Positions 1 through 11,536 of a DNA stretch of 64,000 bases are shown in pieces (position 1 is the first letter of the stretch; each line of letters begins with the position of its first letter). Position numbers and translations under genes: made by a program. Origin of the DNA: Eledone cirrhosa (lineage: Eukaryota); NCBI GenBank assembly GCA_964016885.1, contig OZ024743.1, forward strand, positions 286,936,001 through 287,000,000. The letters are read 5' to 3'. The notes beneath the pieces were generated by a model, which saw only the letters and a list, made by a program, of their open reading frames with translations, was not told the origin of the DNA and made no database searches.

Positions 1-955
1 CCATCAACTTTATACCTCTATAGTTTCCTCTATCTAGTGCATCACCTTTACCTTTGTAGCAGTTGACAATGATGCTACTGCACCAATCTTTTGTTATGAC
101 ACCTTCTAGTATTACCTGGTTAATAATACGTGTGGTTATAGTGTGACCTACAGACGCAGATGCCTTCAGCATTTCGGCAGCTGTACCCGATGGACCGGTT
201 GCCTTCCCCATCTTCATATCTTTGATTGCCTTACTTACTACGCTGCTGCTGACTTGTACTGCTGGCCCCTCTATAGGGTCTACTTGGGGTAGGGTCTCTT
301 CTTCCCATGCATTCTCCTCATTGGTAATCTATCATAATGACTCTTCCATGCATCTTTCTTCTCAGCACTTGTGAGGGCAAGCTCACCTTTATCATTCCGG
401 ATACACTTCTCTCCAATGACATCACAATTCTCTCTGACACACTGCCTCGCATTCTTGAACACCTTCTGTTTCTGGTCCTCACGTTGCAAAACATGCTTGA
501 ATTTTCTATCCTCTGCTTCCCTCCTAGCTAAGTATACTTGCCGCCTAGCTTTCCTCTTGGTCTCTATGTAATGTACCCTGCTCCCCCCGTTCTTCCATTC
601 TTTCCATGCCTGTCTCTTGGCCTTAACTGCCTCATCTACTTTATTGTTTCACCACCAAGTCACTCTCCTCCTGCTTGTGGTCTTACTCCAGCCACAGACC
701 TCATCCGTCACCTCTAGTAAGTTATTTTTTAGGAACTCCCAGTTCTCTTCTACATTGAATGTCTCTATCTGTTCTTCTTTACTATAGTAGGCGTTAAGTA
801 AAATATCTTTAAATCTGTTACTGGTTGAGGGGTCTTTCAGCTTCCAGATCTTTCTTCTCCAGGTTGGCCTCTGTTTCCAGGTTCGTCTAGTTCTGACTGT
901 GAGGTCGCTGACAACTAAGCTATGTTGGGATGTACATTCCTCACTAGGGAAGGCT
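1..955 (-). mobile_element. RTE-clade LINE fragment (end of AP endonuclease, linker, start of RT), frameshifted, runs off the window edge
   Basis: Translates to SQHSLVVSD (endonuclease end), KIWKLKD and KAIKDMKMGKATGPSG...NCYKGKGDALDRGNYRGIKL; homologous to the + copy at 39245-41452. Confidence 0.9.
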
Positions 956-1097
956 TTAGGATATAGAGAAAAATGTGCCAGGGAGAAAGTTTCTGAATTT
1001 AAGAATTTTTTCAAGGTGTCAATTTGCAGATGATATTACCAAACAACAAAAAATAAACAAAGAGAAATTACAAATTCACAAATATAAACCACGCTTA

Positions 1098-1475
1098 ATC
1101 ATCATCATCATCAACATTATTGTTTAATGTCCATGTTCCACGCTAGCATGAGTTAGATGGGTTATCCCATTAGAGGCAAGTTGTGTCAGGTGATTTTTGT
1201 CTTGCTCATATAGAACTGTTTCTGATTAGGTTTCTACGGTTGGATGCCCTTCTGAATGCCAACCACATTTACAGTGTGTGCTAGGTCATTTTTTTTGAGA
1301 CTCCTACACGACCACCTTACAGTGTGGACTGGGTGTTTTTTGTCATGATATCTACATGACCATTTTACAGTGTGTACTGGGCGCTTTTTGTCGTGACACC
1401 TACATGACCACCTTACAGTGTGGGCTGGGTGCTTTTTGTTGTGACACCTACACGACCACTTTACAGTTTTGGCTG
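1098..1475 (-). mobile_element. RTE 3' tail / RTE-tailed SINE fragment with about four ~49-bp internal units
   Basis: (CAT)n tail, TTTAATGTCC, GGATGCCCTTC motif and repeated CCTACACGACCAC.TTACAGTGTG units shared with the RTE 3'UTRs in this window. Confidence 0.8.
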
Positions 1476-1695
1476 CATGCGTATGTTTAGGAATAATATT
1501 CTGCCAAAAAAATTCACGTGTAAGTCACGTGACTATGATAGCATTCTACTATAAAGTCAAAGATACACAATGTTTTGTTTAAGAAGCCTTAATAAAAAAC
1601 AAATATGCTGACAATATAGATAGCTTGAAATTCCAAACACAAATGCCATAGCTGTCAAAAATCAACACATACACACATATATCTCTATTATTTAA

Positions 1696-1881
1696 TCCTT
1701 TCATGACTGCATTTCTAATTCTATTTCAATTAATTAAGATTTACTTAAATTACTAATTATTTGATTACTAAGATAGTAACTTATATTAGAAGATTTTAAT
1801 TTAAATTGGAAACCTTTAAAATGGGGGGGGGGGTATTTCATTGAACCAGAGCCGGTGATGGCCAGGTTGGTAACAAAAGGG
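1696..1881. mobile_element. degenerate piggyBac-like MITE
   Basis: TTAA at 1692-1695 and 1882-1885; imperfect TIRs TCCTTTCATGAC / GTAACAAAAGGG. Confidence 0.5.
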
Positions 1882-1970
1882 TTAATTACATAAATATTTC
1901 ACATGAAAATATACAACCAAAGTGAAAGAAAATATAAAGTCAACAGTAAGTGTGTCAACTGGTTACTCAC

Positions 1971-2079
1971 CACAAAGAGTACCGGAGCCTTCTAATACTT
2001 TTTGAGGCAAGCCAACAATTGGCAGCATTACCACAGATGATAGTAAGGCTAAGGCACTGGAACAATCAAGAACCCTCAT
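1971..2079 (-). CDS. candidate first coding exon of an unidentified host gene (signal-peptide-like)
   Basis: Non-repetitive segment; ATG at 2079 gives MRVLDCSSALALLSSVVMLPIVGLPQKVLEGSGTLC+G, then donor GTGAGTAA (phase 1). No recognisable homology. Confidence 0.3.
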
Positions 2080-2259
2080 CGGTATCACCTGATACCTCAG
2101 TAAGGCGAGCCACCATTGATGAATGATGTTTATTTACAGTATGCAGAAAATCAGTTAAAGCCAAGCTTTAAATTTCATATAAGATTCATCATTTAATATT
2201 CTTATAGGCCATGGAATTTGAAGTATATTTGTTGTTTAATATCATTGTTATAAATTATA

Positions 2260-2755
2260 CCGTTTCTGGCACTCAGTCACCAGAAGTGAGGTGTAAAAGC
2301 CAAGCTTACTATTTTCAGTTGGATGTTCATACCTACTCTTACCTATGGTCATGAATCATGGGTAATGACCAAAATATTACGATTGTGAATACAAACGGCT
2401 GAAATGAGGTTCCACTGAAGGGTCTTTGGAGTAACATTATTCAATAGGGGGCATAGCTCGAAGATCAGAGAGTTGCTCCAGGTAGAGTTACTACTTCTCT
2501 ACATCGAGAGATCACAGTTCCAGAACTACAAACATGAGATTAGAATGTGTAAGGAAAGAATCACTGGACAAATTTTAAGAGCAAAGCCAGCCAGTAGCAG
2601 ACCCCAAGATGGACCATGAATTGGTTGGATAACATCTATATGCTCAGTTGGTCTCACTTAGGGATCCATCTGGATCATTTGGAGATGATTGCTTCTGAAA
2701 AGCATGTCTGAGGACTCTACTACCATCACCCTCTCCAGAATACGTGGGTGAGGAA
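2260..2755 (+). mobile_element. decayed RTE LINE C-terminus, Expander/Rex3-like
   Basis: KAKLTIF..FIPTLTYGHESWVMT...IQTAEMRF...SSKIRELLQVELLLLYIERSQ with in-frame stops. Confidence 0.8.
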
Positions 2756-2890
2756 AAAAAAAAGATGTTTATAGTAAAGAAAAGTAGTTTCCATTTAAGC
2801 AAGAGTTCATTAATTAATTAGAAACCAAAATGTTATCATATCATCCTCACCAACACTACTATCATCATCATTATTATTATTGTTAATAAT

Positions 2891-2972
2891 ACGGGGTCGA
2901 TAAAATAAAGTACCAGTAATGCACTGGGTGATTGCTGGCCTTGTGCCTAAAGTAGAAACAATTATTATTATT
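2891..2972 (+). mobile_element. 5'-truncated Nin/Deu-domain SINE
   Basis: CGGGGTCGATAAAATAAAGTACCAG...GGCCTTGTGCCTAAAGTAGAAAC(AATT)(ATT)n, matching the full copy at 4003. Confidence 0.85.
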
Positions 2973-3187
2973 GTTAATTTATCATTCTGTTTACTATGTT
3001 GACTATAAAGATGGTGTAACCACAGCTAGAATACTGATGAACTGAAGAAGTCAGACCAAAAAATGCTACAAGCATCTTATATGACTGTATAGTGATTGTC
3101 AATTACTCTTAAGTATTCTATCAACTACTGTTGTGACACAGGTTTGTTGAAACAGTGCAGTGGAGAAGACAGAAGTGGAGTGGGAGA

Positions 3188-3282
3188 TAATCATCATCAT
3201 CAACAAGAACAAGAACAACAACAACAACAACAACAACAACAGCAGTAGCAGCAGCAGCAACAACAACACCGGCAGCAGCAGC

Positions 3283-3314
<32 letters not shown>

Positions 3315-3387
3315 CAACAGCAGTAGCAGTAGCAGCAGCAACAACAACAACAGCAGCAGCACCAGCAACAACAACAACAACTGCTGC
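3188..3387. repeat. compound (AAC/AGC/ACC)n microsatellite
   Basis: Seen directly. Confidence 0.95.
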
Positions 3388-3719
3388 AATAAAGAATCAT
3401 GTGCCTTGGTTGTGAAGTGTGAATAGGTACCAAAGAAATAGGATGCAGCAACAGAATTGGAATTAGATAGACACTGCCATATTACAGATTCTTTCCGCGA
3501 GCAACTGATTAACAGTTCCAGTTTCAGTCAGATATGTAACATGTACTTTTACTCATTAAACAAAATAACTGGAATTGGTTAAAAATCTAGTAGAAGTTTA
3601 TGCCAGTTAAAAAAAACAAAACATTTCAATAGAAATGTTTTTTTTTTAATATATGAAGAGGAACTCTTTGGACAATATTCTTCATTCTCAAAATTGTTTG
3701 AACATTATAATTCCCTTAT

Positions 3720-3985
3720 CCTGCTGAGGTTAGTTTTGCCATTCATCCATAAAATAAAGTACCTATAATACACTGGGTTCGATTTAATTGACTCTCCTCT
3801 CACCCAAAATTGTTGGCCTTGTGCCTAAATCAGAAGCCATTATGATACTCTAACGTCCCTTTACGATCTGAGTTCAATTCCCGCCGAGGTTAACTTTGCC
3901 TTTCATCCTTACGGGGTCGATAAAATAAAGCACTAGTAATGTACTGGGATAATTGCTGGCCTTGTTCCTACCGTAGAAACAATTA
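3720..3985 (+). mobile_element. two tandem truncated Nin/Deu-domain SINE copies
   Basis: Two GAGGTTA.TTTGCC.TTCATCC cores and two GGCCTTGT.CCTA..AGAA tails. Confidence 0.8.
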
Positions 3986-4002
3986 TATGTTTATAAAACA
4001 AT

Positions 4003-4190
4003 GGCGGTGAATTGGCAGTATCGGTAGAGGGTTGGACGCCATGCTTTCTAGCATAGTTACGTCCCTTTACAATCTGAGTTCAAATCCCGCTGAGGTTAAC
4101 TTTGCCTTTCATCCTTACAGGGTCGATAAAATAAAGTACCAGTAATGTACTGGGTAATTGCTGGCCTTGTGCCTAAAGTAGAAACAATTA
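4003..4190 (+). mobile_element. full-length tRNA-derived Nin/Deu-domain SINE with TSD
   Basis: A-box TGGCAGTATCGG, B-box GAGTTCAAATCC, core GCCTTTCATCCTTACAGGGTCGATAAAAT; flanking direct repeat TATGTTTATAAAACA at 3986-4000 and 4191-4205. Confidence 0.88.
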
Positions 4191-4209
4191 TATGTTTATA
4201 AAACATAAT

Positions 4210-4450
4210 TGAATTGAAATCAATAGCAGATATTTTCTTATCGATGGCTCCTAGCAGAAATTTTAGGCAGCTGGCAAATATTAAAAGGAGAGAAGGGAGA
4301 GTGGGGAATAGTAAGAACATGGTGATATGTCCTGGATTCTTAATAAGTGAAGGTTCATTGATCAGATCAATAGCTTTGTTCTGAATGTTGTCTAGAATAT
4401 TAATGATCAGGTATGACAGAAAAACATTGGTCTTGTGGAAGATCAACATA
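4210..4450 (-). mobile_element. decayed CR1-like LINE C-terminal fragment
   Basis: ILDNIQNKAIDLINEPSL resembles the CR1 post-RT motif LLD.IQ.KA.RLI. Confidence 0.45.
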
Positions 4451-4676
4451 AGATCAAAGTTGATAGATACAAATGTACGTAATGTATATATTTACTTTCA
4501 TCTAAGTACCAGGTAATACACATATATGCACCATCACGAGCACATAATATAATAAAGTAAAATTTGTTGCAATGATAACTTTCCCATTGAATTAGAGTGA
4601 AAAGGGCTGAGTATTCCACTGACACTTGTACCTTTTACATAATCAAGCAGAATTAGTGTAACACAATATAAGTTAA

Positions 4677-4897
4677 CCCTTTAGTATTTAAACCGGCCAT
4701 ATCCAGCCAGAATTCTCTCACCTTTTTCTGTTCAAACTGGCTGTAACTAGCTGCTCATACTTATGTTAAGGTATTGTTCTCAAAATAAGTGACATCAACA
4801 TCTCATAGATTTGATATTATGTGAGATAATTATGTAAAATAAAGTCTTTACTGTGAAAATACAATTGTAAGTATTGAATAATGTAAATGCTAAAGGG
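4677..4897 (+). mobile_element. piggyBac-family MITE (221 bp)
   Basis: TTAA TSD (4673-4676, 4898-4901); TIR CCCTTTAGTATTTA / TAAATGCTAAAGGG; three copies in the window. Confidence 0.9.
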
Positions 4898-5611
4898 TTA
4901 AGGCAAGCTCTTTGTTACAGCCCATTCAATAGGATTCTACACACTTTCTGTCAATCCAGATTTATTAACAAGGCTTGTGGTTACTGTGGGAATAACGAAC
5001 CAGTAACAAACTTTTACCAAACATTTTTTATATGCTTTTGAATATTTACTATACAGGTGAGCATTGGAAAACTTTTCCATATGAACCATATATACGAACC
5101 TGTGGCCTAAGATTATACCAAGTCTTGTAAGTGAAATTGTGTAGATAGAAATTGTGAACCTGTTAGATGAACTGTGCCTGTGATTCAAAATGCTGAATTT
5201 ACCTGTGCCTTATGTTAAGAACACAAATATCTGTGAAATACTCAGTAACTTACTGCATAATACAAAAAGTAATTTTGTTAATCAAACAACATAAATACTC
5301 TGTCATAACTGTTGGGAGATCCATTTACATGTGTAAAACATGCACATATGTTTATCATATCTGCATGTGAGCAACATGTATGAACAAACATGTGTACATA
5401 TATGTATGTTTTTATGAAATTCATGTACATATGTGTGTTGTATATGAATTAGTAAAATTCTTTACAAATGACTGTGTTTGCATTTGTTGTGTGCTTGTGT
5501 GTTTGTGTGTATTTGTGGTTGCTGTGTGTGTGAGTGTGTGTCTGTGTGTAATATATTTATATCAATAAAGACAAGTATATGTTTGTGTTTGTAGGCAGTA
5601 TATGCGTAAAA

Positions 5612-5772
5612 AGGTAAAATTCTGTTATGGTGAATACCATTATAACGAATTTTTCAGTATAACAACATTTTTTTCAATCCCCGGCCACACACTTGATGTG
5701 TTATAAAGAATGTTTTGTTACAATGAATTTTGTTTTATGCCCCATGAATTTCATTATAACTGAATTTCACTG
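5612..5772. mobile_element. degenerate Tc1/mariner (pogo/Tigger-like) MITE
   Basis: Imperfect TIRs GTAAAATTCTGTTATGGTGAA / TTCATTATAACTGAATTTCACTG with internal TTATAACGAA sub-repeats. Confidence 0.5.
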
Positions 5773-6094
5773 CATACATATACAAATATGGGTAGGCAGT
5801 ATATAGACACATACAAATATATATATATATACTCAGTAGCTATATCAGGTATTTAACAGGGTTTCATGCTGTTATCTTGGTATATAATAATCTGGGTTAT
5901 ATGTGTGATTCTCAATGGAAACTAACTGAAGATCTAAAAGTATACCAGACTCTATTGACCAAAGTGTGAATTGAACACTTTAATGTTTACACACATAAAA
6001 CTATAAATACTTACCATGCCCACCCCCATACTCCAACATACATGAATAAGTTTGTATATATATATATGTATGTGTAAGTTATATATATGTAAGG

Positions 6095-6608
6095 TGAAAC
6101 AACAAAAAGCATCAGTCCACCCTGTAAGGTGGTCGTGCTAGTGACATGATGAAAAAGTACCCTATCCAGCCTGTCAGTTAGTCGTTTTGGTGCCACAGTA
6201 AAAAGCACCCAATTCCCGCTGTCAATATGGTTTCCATTAGGAAGGGCACCCCACCATAGAAACTAAGCCAGAAACAGTTCTGTATGAGTAAGACCTGACT
6301 TGTCTCACAACGGGACAACTCCTCTGACCCATGCTTCCATGGAAAATGGATGCCAACCCTTTAGCATTTAAACCGGCTGTATCTGGCTAGAATTCTCTCA
6401 CCTCTTTCTGTTCAAGCCAGCTGTAACCAGCTGCTCATACTTACGTTCAGGTATTGTTCTCAAAATAAATAATATAAAAATGTTGTAGATTCAATATTAT
6501 GTGAGTGGATTATGTGAGATAAAGCTTTTACTGCAACACTACAATAGTTTATATAAAGTAATGTAAATGCTTAAATGCTAAAGAGTTAAACAATGATGGT
6601 GATGGTGA

Positions 6609-6612
<4 letters not shown>
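6095..6612 (+). mobile_element. old RTE 3' tail interrupted by a piggyBac MITE
   Basis: AGGAAGGGCAC...CCATGCTTCCATGGAAAATGGATG, resuming as TTAAACAATGATGGTGATG after the MITE. Confidence 0.75.
6357..6585 (+). mobile_element. piggyBac-family MITE, copy 2
   Basis: CCCTTTAGCATTTA ... TAAATGCTAAAGAG-TTAA; homologous to 4677-4897. Confidence 0.88.
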
Positions 6613-6659
<47 letters not shown>

Positions 6660-6661
<2 letters not shown>

Positions 6662-6849
6662 CATGTGGCGCAATTGTGAGGGTGTAAGTTCGATTCCCGA
6701 ATTGACCCAATGCGTTATGTCCTTGGGCAAGACACATTATTTGACGTTGCCCCTTCTACCTGGAGTTATGACCAATAGAGAGTATTACCAATTAGAAAGA
6801 CCAATGGAAGCATTGTTTCCTCGGTCCAATTTGACAAAAGTCGATCGAC
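6660..6849 (+). mobile_element. tRNA-derived SINE, second family (head partly deleted)
   Basis: B-box GTTCGATTCC, core TGTCCTTGGGCAAGACAC; homologous to 33360-33570. Confidence 0.8.
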
Positions 6850-6860
6850 TGTTGATATAT

Positions 6861-7870
6861 CATTATCATCATCGTTTAATGTCCATCTTCCACGCTAGCA
6901 TGGATTAGACGGTTTTGTTCCATTTGATGTTTCACTCGCACGGAAGTGTCTCTGGTAGGATTTTTACAGCTGGATGCCCTTCCTAACACCAACCACATTT
7001 ACTGTGTTGACTGAGAGCCTTTTCACCGTGTCTCCTACATGACCACATTACAGTGTGGACTGTTGTGTCATCAACACAGTGGACAGAACGGGAGAGGGAG
7101 GATGGGGTAGGGTGTGGGGGTGGGGTGTACATTGAGTTAAGAAATGCCTACTGACTGTAGGTTTGTATGCAATGGCAGTCAGATCTTCTGTACAAATGCA
7201 TGGCGCCAAAGATCTCGACCCAGTGTCATTGTCTTAGAGAGGTGTAGGTGAGCAAGGTCAGTTTTTATTACCTCATCCCAGGTTTTTCTTGGTCTATCCA
7301 CTCCATAGCTTCCATCAATTTTCATTGCCCTGCACTTTTTTATACAGCTGTTGTCCTTCATACGCATCACATGGCCATACCAACGCAATCTCCTGTCCAG
7401 AACACATTTGATACCTCTTATACTTAGTCTCCCTCTTAATTCGTTTATGCTTCACCTTTCGCATACATTACTATTACACATCCATCGGATGTGTAATAGT
7501 AAAGAATCTAGATTTTATATGTGGCTGATGCTCAAGTGCAGTAAGTAGCAAGGAGCCACTGGATGATATCTCCTTCAACTGCCCAGATGGTTCTATAGAA
7601 ATAGTAGACACCTTCCATTATCTGGGTGATAAAATCAGCAGTGGAGGAGGGTGTTCTGAAAGTGTAGTAGCCAGAGTTAGAGTGGAATGGAAAAAGTTCA
7701 GAGAGCTAATACTGCTGTTGGCCACAAGGGGTTTTTCTCTAAAAATAAAAGGCAGATTGTATGATGCATGTGTACGTACAGCGATATTACATGGTTGTTA
7801 GACTTGGGCATTGTGTGCTGAAGACCTGCGTAGATTAGAAAGAAATGAAGCTTGCATGCTCCGATGGATG
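6861..7870 (-). mobile_element. 5'-truncated RTE LINE with inverted 5' segment
   Basis: 6861-7486 is minus-strand (RWMCNS...RWYGHVMRM...GVDRPRKTW, 3'UTR, (GAT)n). 7503-7870 is the adjacent upstream part on + (NCPDGSIEIVDTFHYLGD...ACMLRWM). TSD TGTYGATATAT at 6850-6860 / 7869-7879. Confidence 0.88.
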
Positions 7871-7871
7871 T

Positions 7872-7889
<18 letters not shown>

Positions 7890-7904
<15 letters not shown>

Positions 7905-8338
7905 AATGGCAATTTCTGTCTGTTTGTTTGTTTGTAAATCTAAAACTCAAAAACTACCAAACCGATCTTAGTGAAACTTGAAACGTGTGTGAGGCTCATT
8001 TGATTTCTTGCATATATTTCATTTTAATCAAAGGGTTCCCCGGAGGTTCAAACCCCCGCTTAATTTTTTCCCTTCGATTTATATGAAATTTAAACCATAG
8101 GTAAATGACAAGATATGATGCCTATTCACAAAATTTCAGCAAATTTCAATAATATTAAGACACCCTAATGGGGGTTCTATTTTTTCCTTATAGCAACACA
8201 AACATTTTTTCGCCTGACCAATGCAATCGACAATATTTGTTTGCATTATTGTTTCATAAATGAATTTGTCTTTGCTTTTGATTATTATCTGTCCTATATT
8301 TTGATTTCATTTTTGGTATTACCGGGTACCTCAGCTAG
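7890..8338 (+). mobile_element. non-autonomous Helitron-like element
   Basis: 5' TCTGTCTGTTTG microsatellite and AAAACTACCAAACCGATC...GAAACTT motif; 3' end ACCGGGTACCTCAGCTAG|T; embedded in (TA)n. Confidence 0.65.
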
Positions 8339-8419
8339 TATATATATATATATATATATAAATGAAAGTATAGAAATTATTGTGAGCGTGAAGCCAACAG
8401 TATTTCATAATATATAAGT

Positions 8420-8493
<74 letters not shown>

Positions 8494-9080
8494 TACGCCC
8501 TTTCAAAGGCTTGCTGAATACACAAGTCGAAACTGCTTGGTGCCATGGTTGGGATTTTACTACTCCATCTGTGTGTTTAGAAATTTTATGAGAAAATTAG
8601 GAGATTCATCAAATTTTTTGCTATAAAAAATATTCTAAATAATTGGACATATAAACCTCCTTAAGGGAAAATAATGGTGAAGCTTCTAAAGTTCTCATAA
8701 ATTTCCTATTTTGCTCATCATTTCTAAACACACATTCATTTGTTTATTTCTTGCTATATATAGCTTTAAAATAACAATAAAATGTGATGGGCACATTGGT
8801 GTAATGGTAACATTTCTGCCCCAAAATGTGTGAGTTCATGTCTCGTGTGCCAATGTCCATTATTTACACTATTTTTTTATTGTAAAAAAATTTGATGAAT
8901 ATTCTAAGTTTCTCATATATATATGTGTACCATCATCAACATCATCATCATCACCGTTTAATGTCCATTTTCCACTCTAGCATCAATATATTAAAAAAAA
9001 TAATAAATTAACGGATGACGATAGTCATCAAAACATAGCATAGTAAGGCTCTTTGCTTACAAATGAATTGAATATTATTA

Positions 9081-9270
9081 TAATTGGCAGTATTGGTAGA
9101 GGGTTGTACGTCATGCTTTCTAGCATAGTTATGTCCCATTACGGTCTGAGTTCAAATCCCGTTGAGGTTAACTTTGCCTTCTATCCTTACGGGGTTGATA
9201 AAATAAAGTACCAGTAATGTACTGGGTAATTGCTAGCTTTGTGACAAAAGTAGAAACAATTATTATTATT
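9081..9270 (+). mobile_element. Nin/Deu-domain SINE, near full length
   Basis: A-box TGGCAGTATTGG, B-box GAGTTCAAATCC, core and (ATT)n tail. Confidence 0.88.
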
Positions 9271-9295
9271 TGATAAATCCATAAATATATATATT

Positions 9296-9712
9296 TGGTC
9301 GTGGAGGTGCCACGGCAAAAAAAAAAAGCACCCAGCCCACACTATAAAGTGGACTTGTAGGTGCCACGGAAAAAAAGCACCCAGCCCACACAGTAAAGTG
9401 GACATGTAGGCGCCACGGAAAAAAAGTACCCACTCCACACTGTAAAGTGGACGTGTAGGCGCCACGGAAAAAAAGCACCCAGCCCACACAGTAAAGTGGA
9501 CATGTAGGCACCACGGAAAAAAAGCACCCAGCCCACACTGTAAAGTGGACATGTAGGCGCCACGGAAAAAAAGCACCCACCACTCACTGTAAATGAGGTT
9601 GGTGTTAGGAAGGGCATCCAGCTGTAGAAATCAAGCCAAAAATCAGTTCCCGTCCCACCCTTGCAAGCAGGGAAAAGCGGACGTAAAATGATGATGATGA
9701 TGATGATGATGA
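9296..9712 (+). mobile_element. RTE-tailed SINE 3' part with expanded 49-bp tandem unit (5-6 copies)
   Basis: CCACGG at 9364, 9413, 9462, 9511 and 9560; the tail is nearly identical to 53153-53315, which has a single unit. Confidence 0.85.
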
Positions 9713-10759
9713 TATATATCATTATCATCATTTTACATCTGTTTTCTGAGACTAAGATGGTGAATTGACAGAGTTGTTAAGATTAAATGCCTCTGTATTT
9801 GTTCTGGCTTATTATATGCTGAGTTCAAATCCTGCCAAAGTCAAATTTACCTTTCTTCTTCTTGAGGTTGATAAATAATGAGTCAGTTTAGTATTGTGGT
9901 CAATTCTTCTTCATTCTCAATTTCTTTCCTTCTGGAAGAAACTGTTCAGACCTGGAGAATTATGAGTTCTACCAGGCTTTAAATGCTCAAGGCAGACCAT
10001 GTTTCAGGACGGCACCTTTATGGTTCTACTAAGAGTTAATGACTCTTTCCTTTCTTTTCCTTTACCTTTTCTGACAAAAGACAGTTTGGCAGTCCATGTC
10101 TTGCCCTTATGTTTCATATTTTGGCATGTTTTCTATAAATGGATACCCTTCCTAAACCCATTAGGTGCAATTTACCATGACACTAGAGAAGTTTCATTTC
10201 CCCCTTCAAGGTTAAATAGTCTTCTCCAATCTATTCAGTTTCTATTCTTTCAAGGCAGACATGACTGAAATAGTGTGACTAGTAGGGGAGTGAGGTCTAA
10301 GAGGTTGAAAGAGGAGAAAGTATGAATATGAGTATGAATGCAGAAATAGAGAGGTCAGATGGTAGGGGAAGGAGGGGGACAATATTAGTTACATGTTGAG
10401 AGTTGGTAGGAAGTTCAGTAGAAAACAGCATGATCAACATGATGGGATAGCAATCACAAATATGTTGTGGTAGGAGAATGAGCAAGTAGTGAATAGCAAC
10501 AGAGAAGTGAGATGATGAGAGTGATAGATGTAGCTAAGTGTCTCATGAGGTGAGGGTAAAGAATGATGGTTAATGGTACATGGTGATGGTACATGAGTGA
10601 TGGGTATCAAAGATATGTGTGATAAAAAGTCTTATAAATATAAAGGTTATATTTCATACTGTTGGTCTAAGATGACAAGATAGTCACAGCTGGAATGTCT
10701 ATACCATGTCTGCTTAAACAGAGTTGGCTCAAAGCTAAACAACAATAGCACCTTTTTTA

Positions 10760-10980
10760 CCCTTTAGCATTTAAATCGACTGTATCTGGCCAGAATTCTC
10801 TCACCCCTTTCTGTTCAAACCAGCCATAATTGGCTGCTCATTCTTATGTTAGGGTATTGTTCTCAAAGTAAATAATATCAAGATCTCATAGATTCGATAT
10901 TAGGTGAAATAATTATGTGAAATAGAGTGTTTACCATGAAAATACAATAGTAAATATGGAGTAATGTAAATGCTAAAGGG
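10760..10980 (+). mobile_element. piggyBac-family MITE, copy 3
   Basis: CCCTTTAGCATTTA...TAAATGCTAAAGGG-TTAA. Confidence 0.9.
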
Positions 10981-11191
10981 TTAAATCAACATTAATAACA
11001 ACAATATGCAATAGAAAATTAAAACTACTTTAGCAAAAAACTAACAACAATACCACAATGAACATCACTGACCAGCACCATCATCAACATAACTATCATC
11101 AACAATAACAAAAAGTGTAACAATAAACAACTACAGAGACACCAACATGATAGTCAATAACAACCACAAGTGTACAAATGAGCCTCTAAAT

Positions 11192-11528
11192 CAGAGGTTC
11201 TCAAAGTGGACGCTACCGCCACCCGAAGTGAGAAGATCCAAGGGTCGCTAGGGCGTAAGGGGTGGTGAGGGGTAGTGGAGATGATAAATAGTATACTAGA
11301 TATCAAATGATACATACTATATATAAATATAGTAAAATAAAAAAATATATAATACTTATTTATACATAGTATATATTATAATATTTATTATATATAAATA
11401 AACGATTTTATTTATTATATATCATTTACAATTTGCGTGTAGGCAGGTCTGTCTGGAAATAGGGTGGGTACTAAGAGTATTACGTGGCTGTGAGGGGAGG
11501 GGTGGCTCCAAAAGTGTGAGAACCTCTG
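11192..11528. mobile_element. hAT (Charlie-like) MITE
   Basis: TIR CAGAGGTTCTCA / TGAGAACCTCTG; 8-bp TSD CTCTAAAT (11184-11191) / CTCTAAAC (11529-11536). Confidence 0.9.
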
Positions 11529-11536
11529 CTCTAAAC

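Noticed and set aside
6008-6050. Minus-strand exon ending ATG|GTAAGT (similar donors at 37683 and 62810)
   Set aside because: Donor consensus only, within low-complexity or repeat context, with no supporting ORF or acceptor.
8505-8552. Hammerhead ribozyme (CTGAATA-CACAAGTC-GAAAC)
   Set aside because: Two deviations from the CUGANGA/stem II core and no convincing stems I/III; at best a decayed Penelope-type remnant.
9310-9600. CRISPR-like or coding repeat (ORFs 9187-9731)
   Set aside because: A 49-bp tandem unit inside a retroposon tail; the ORFs are incidental.
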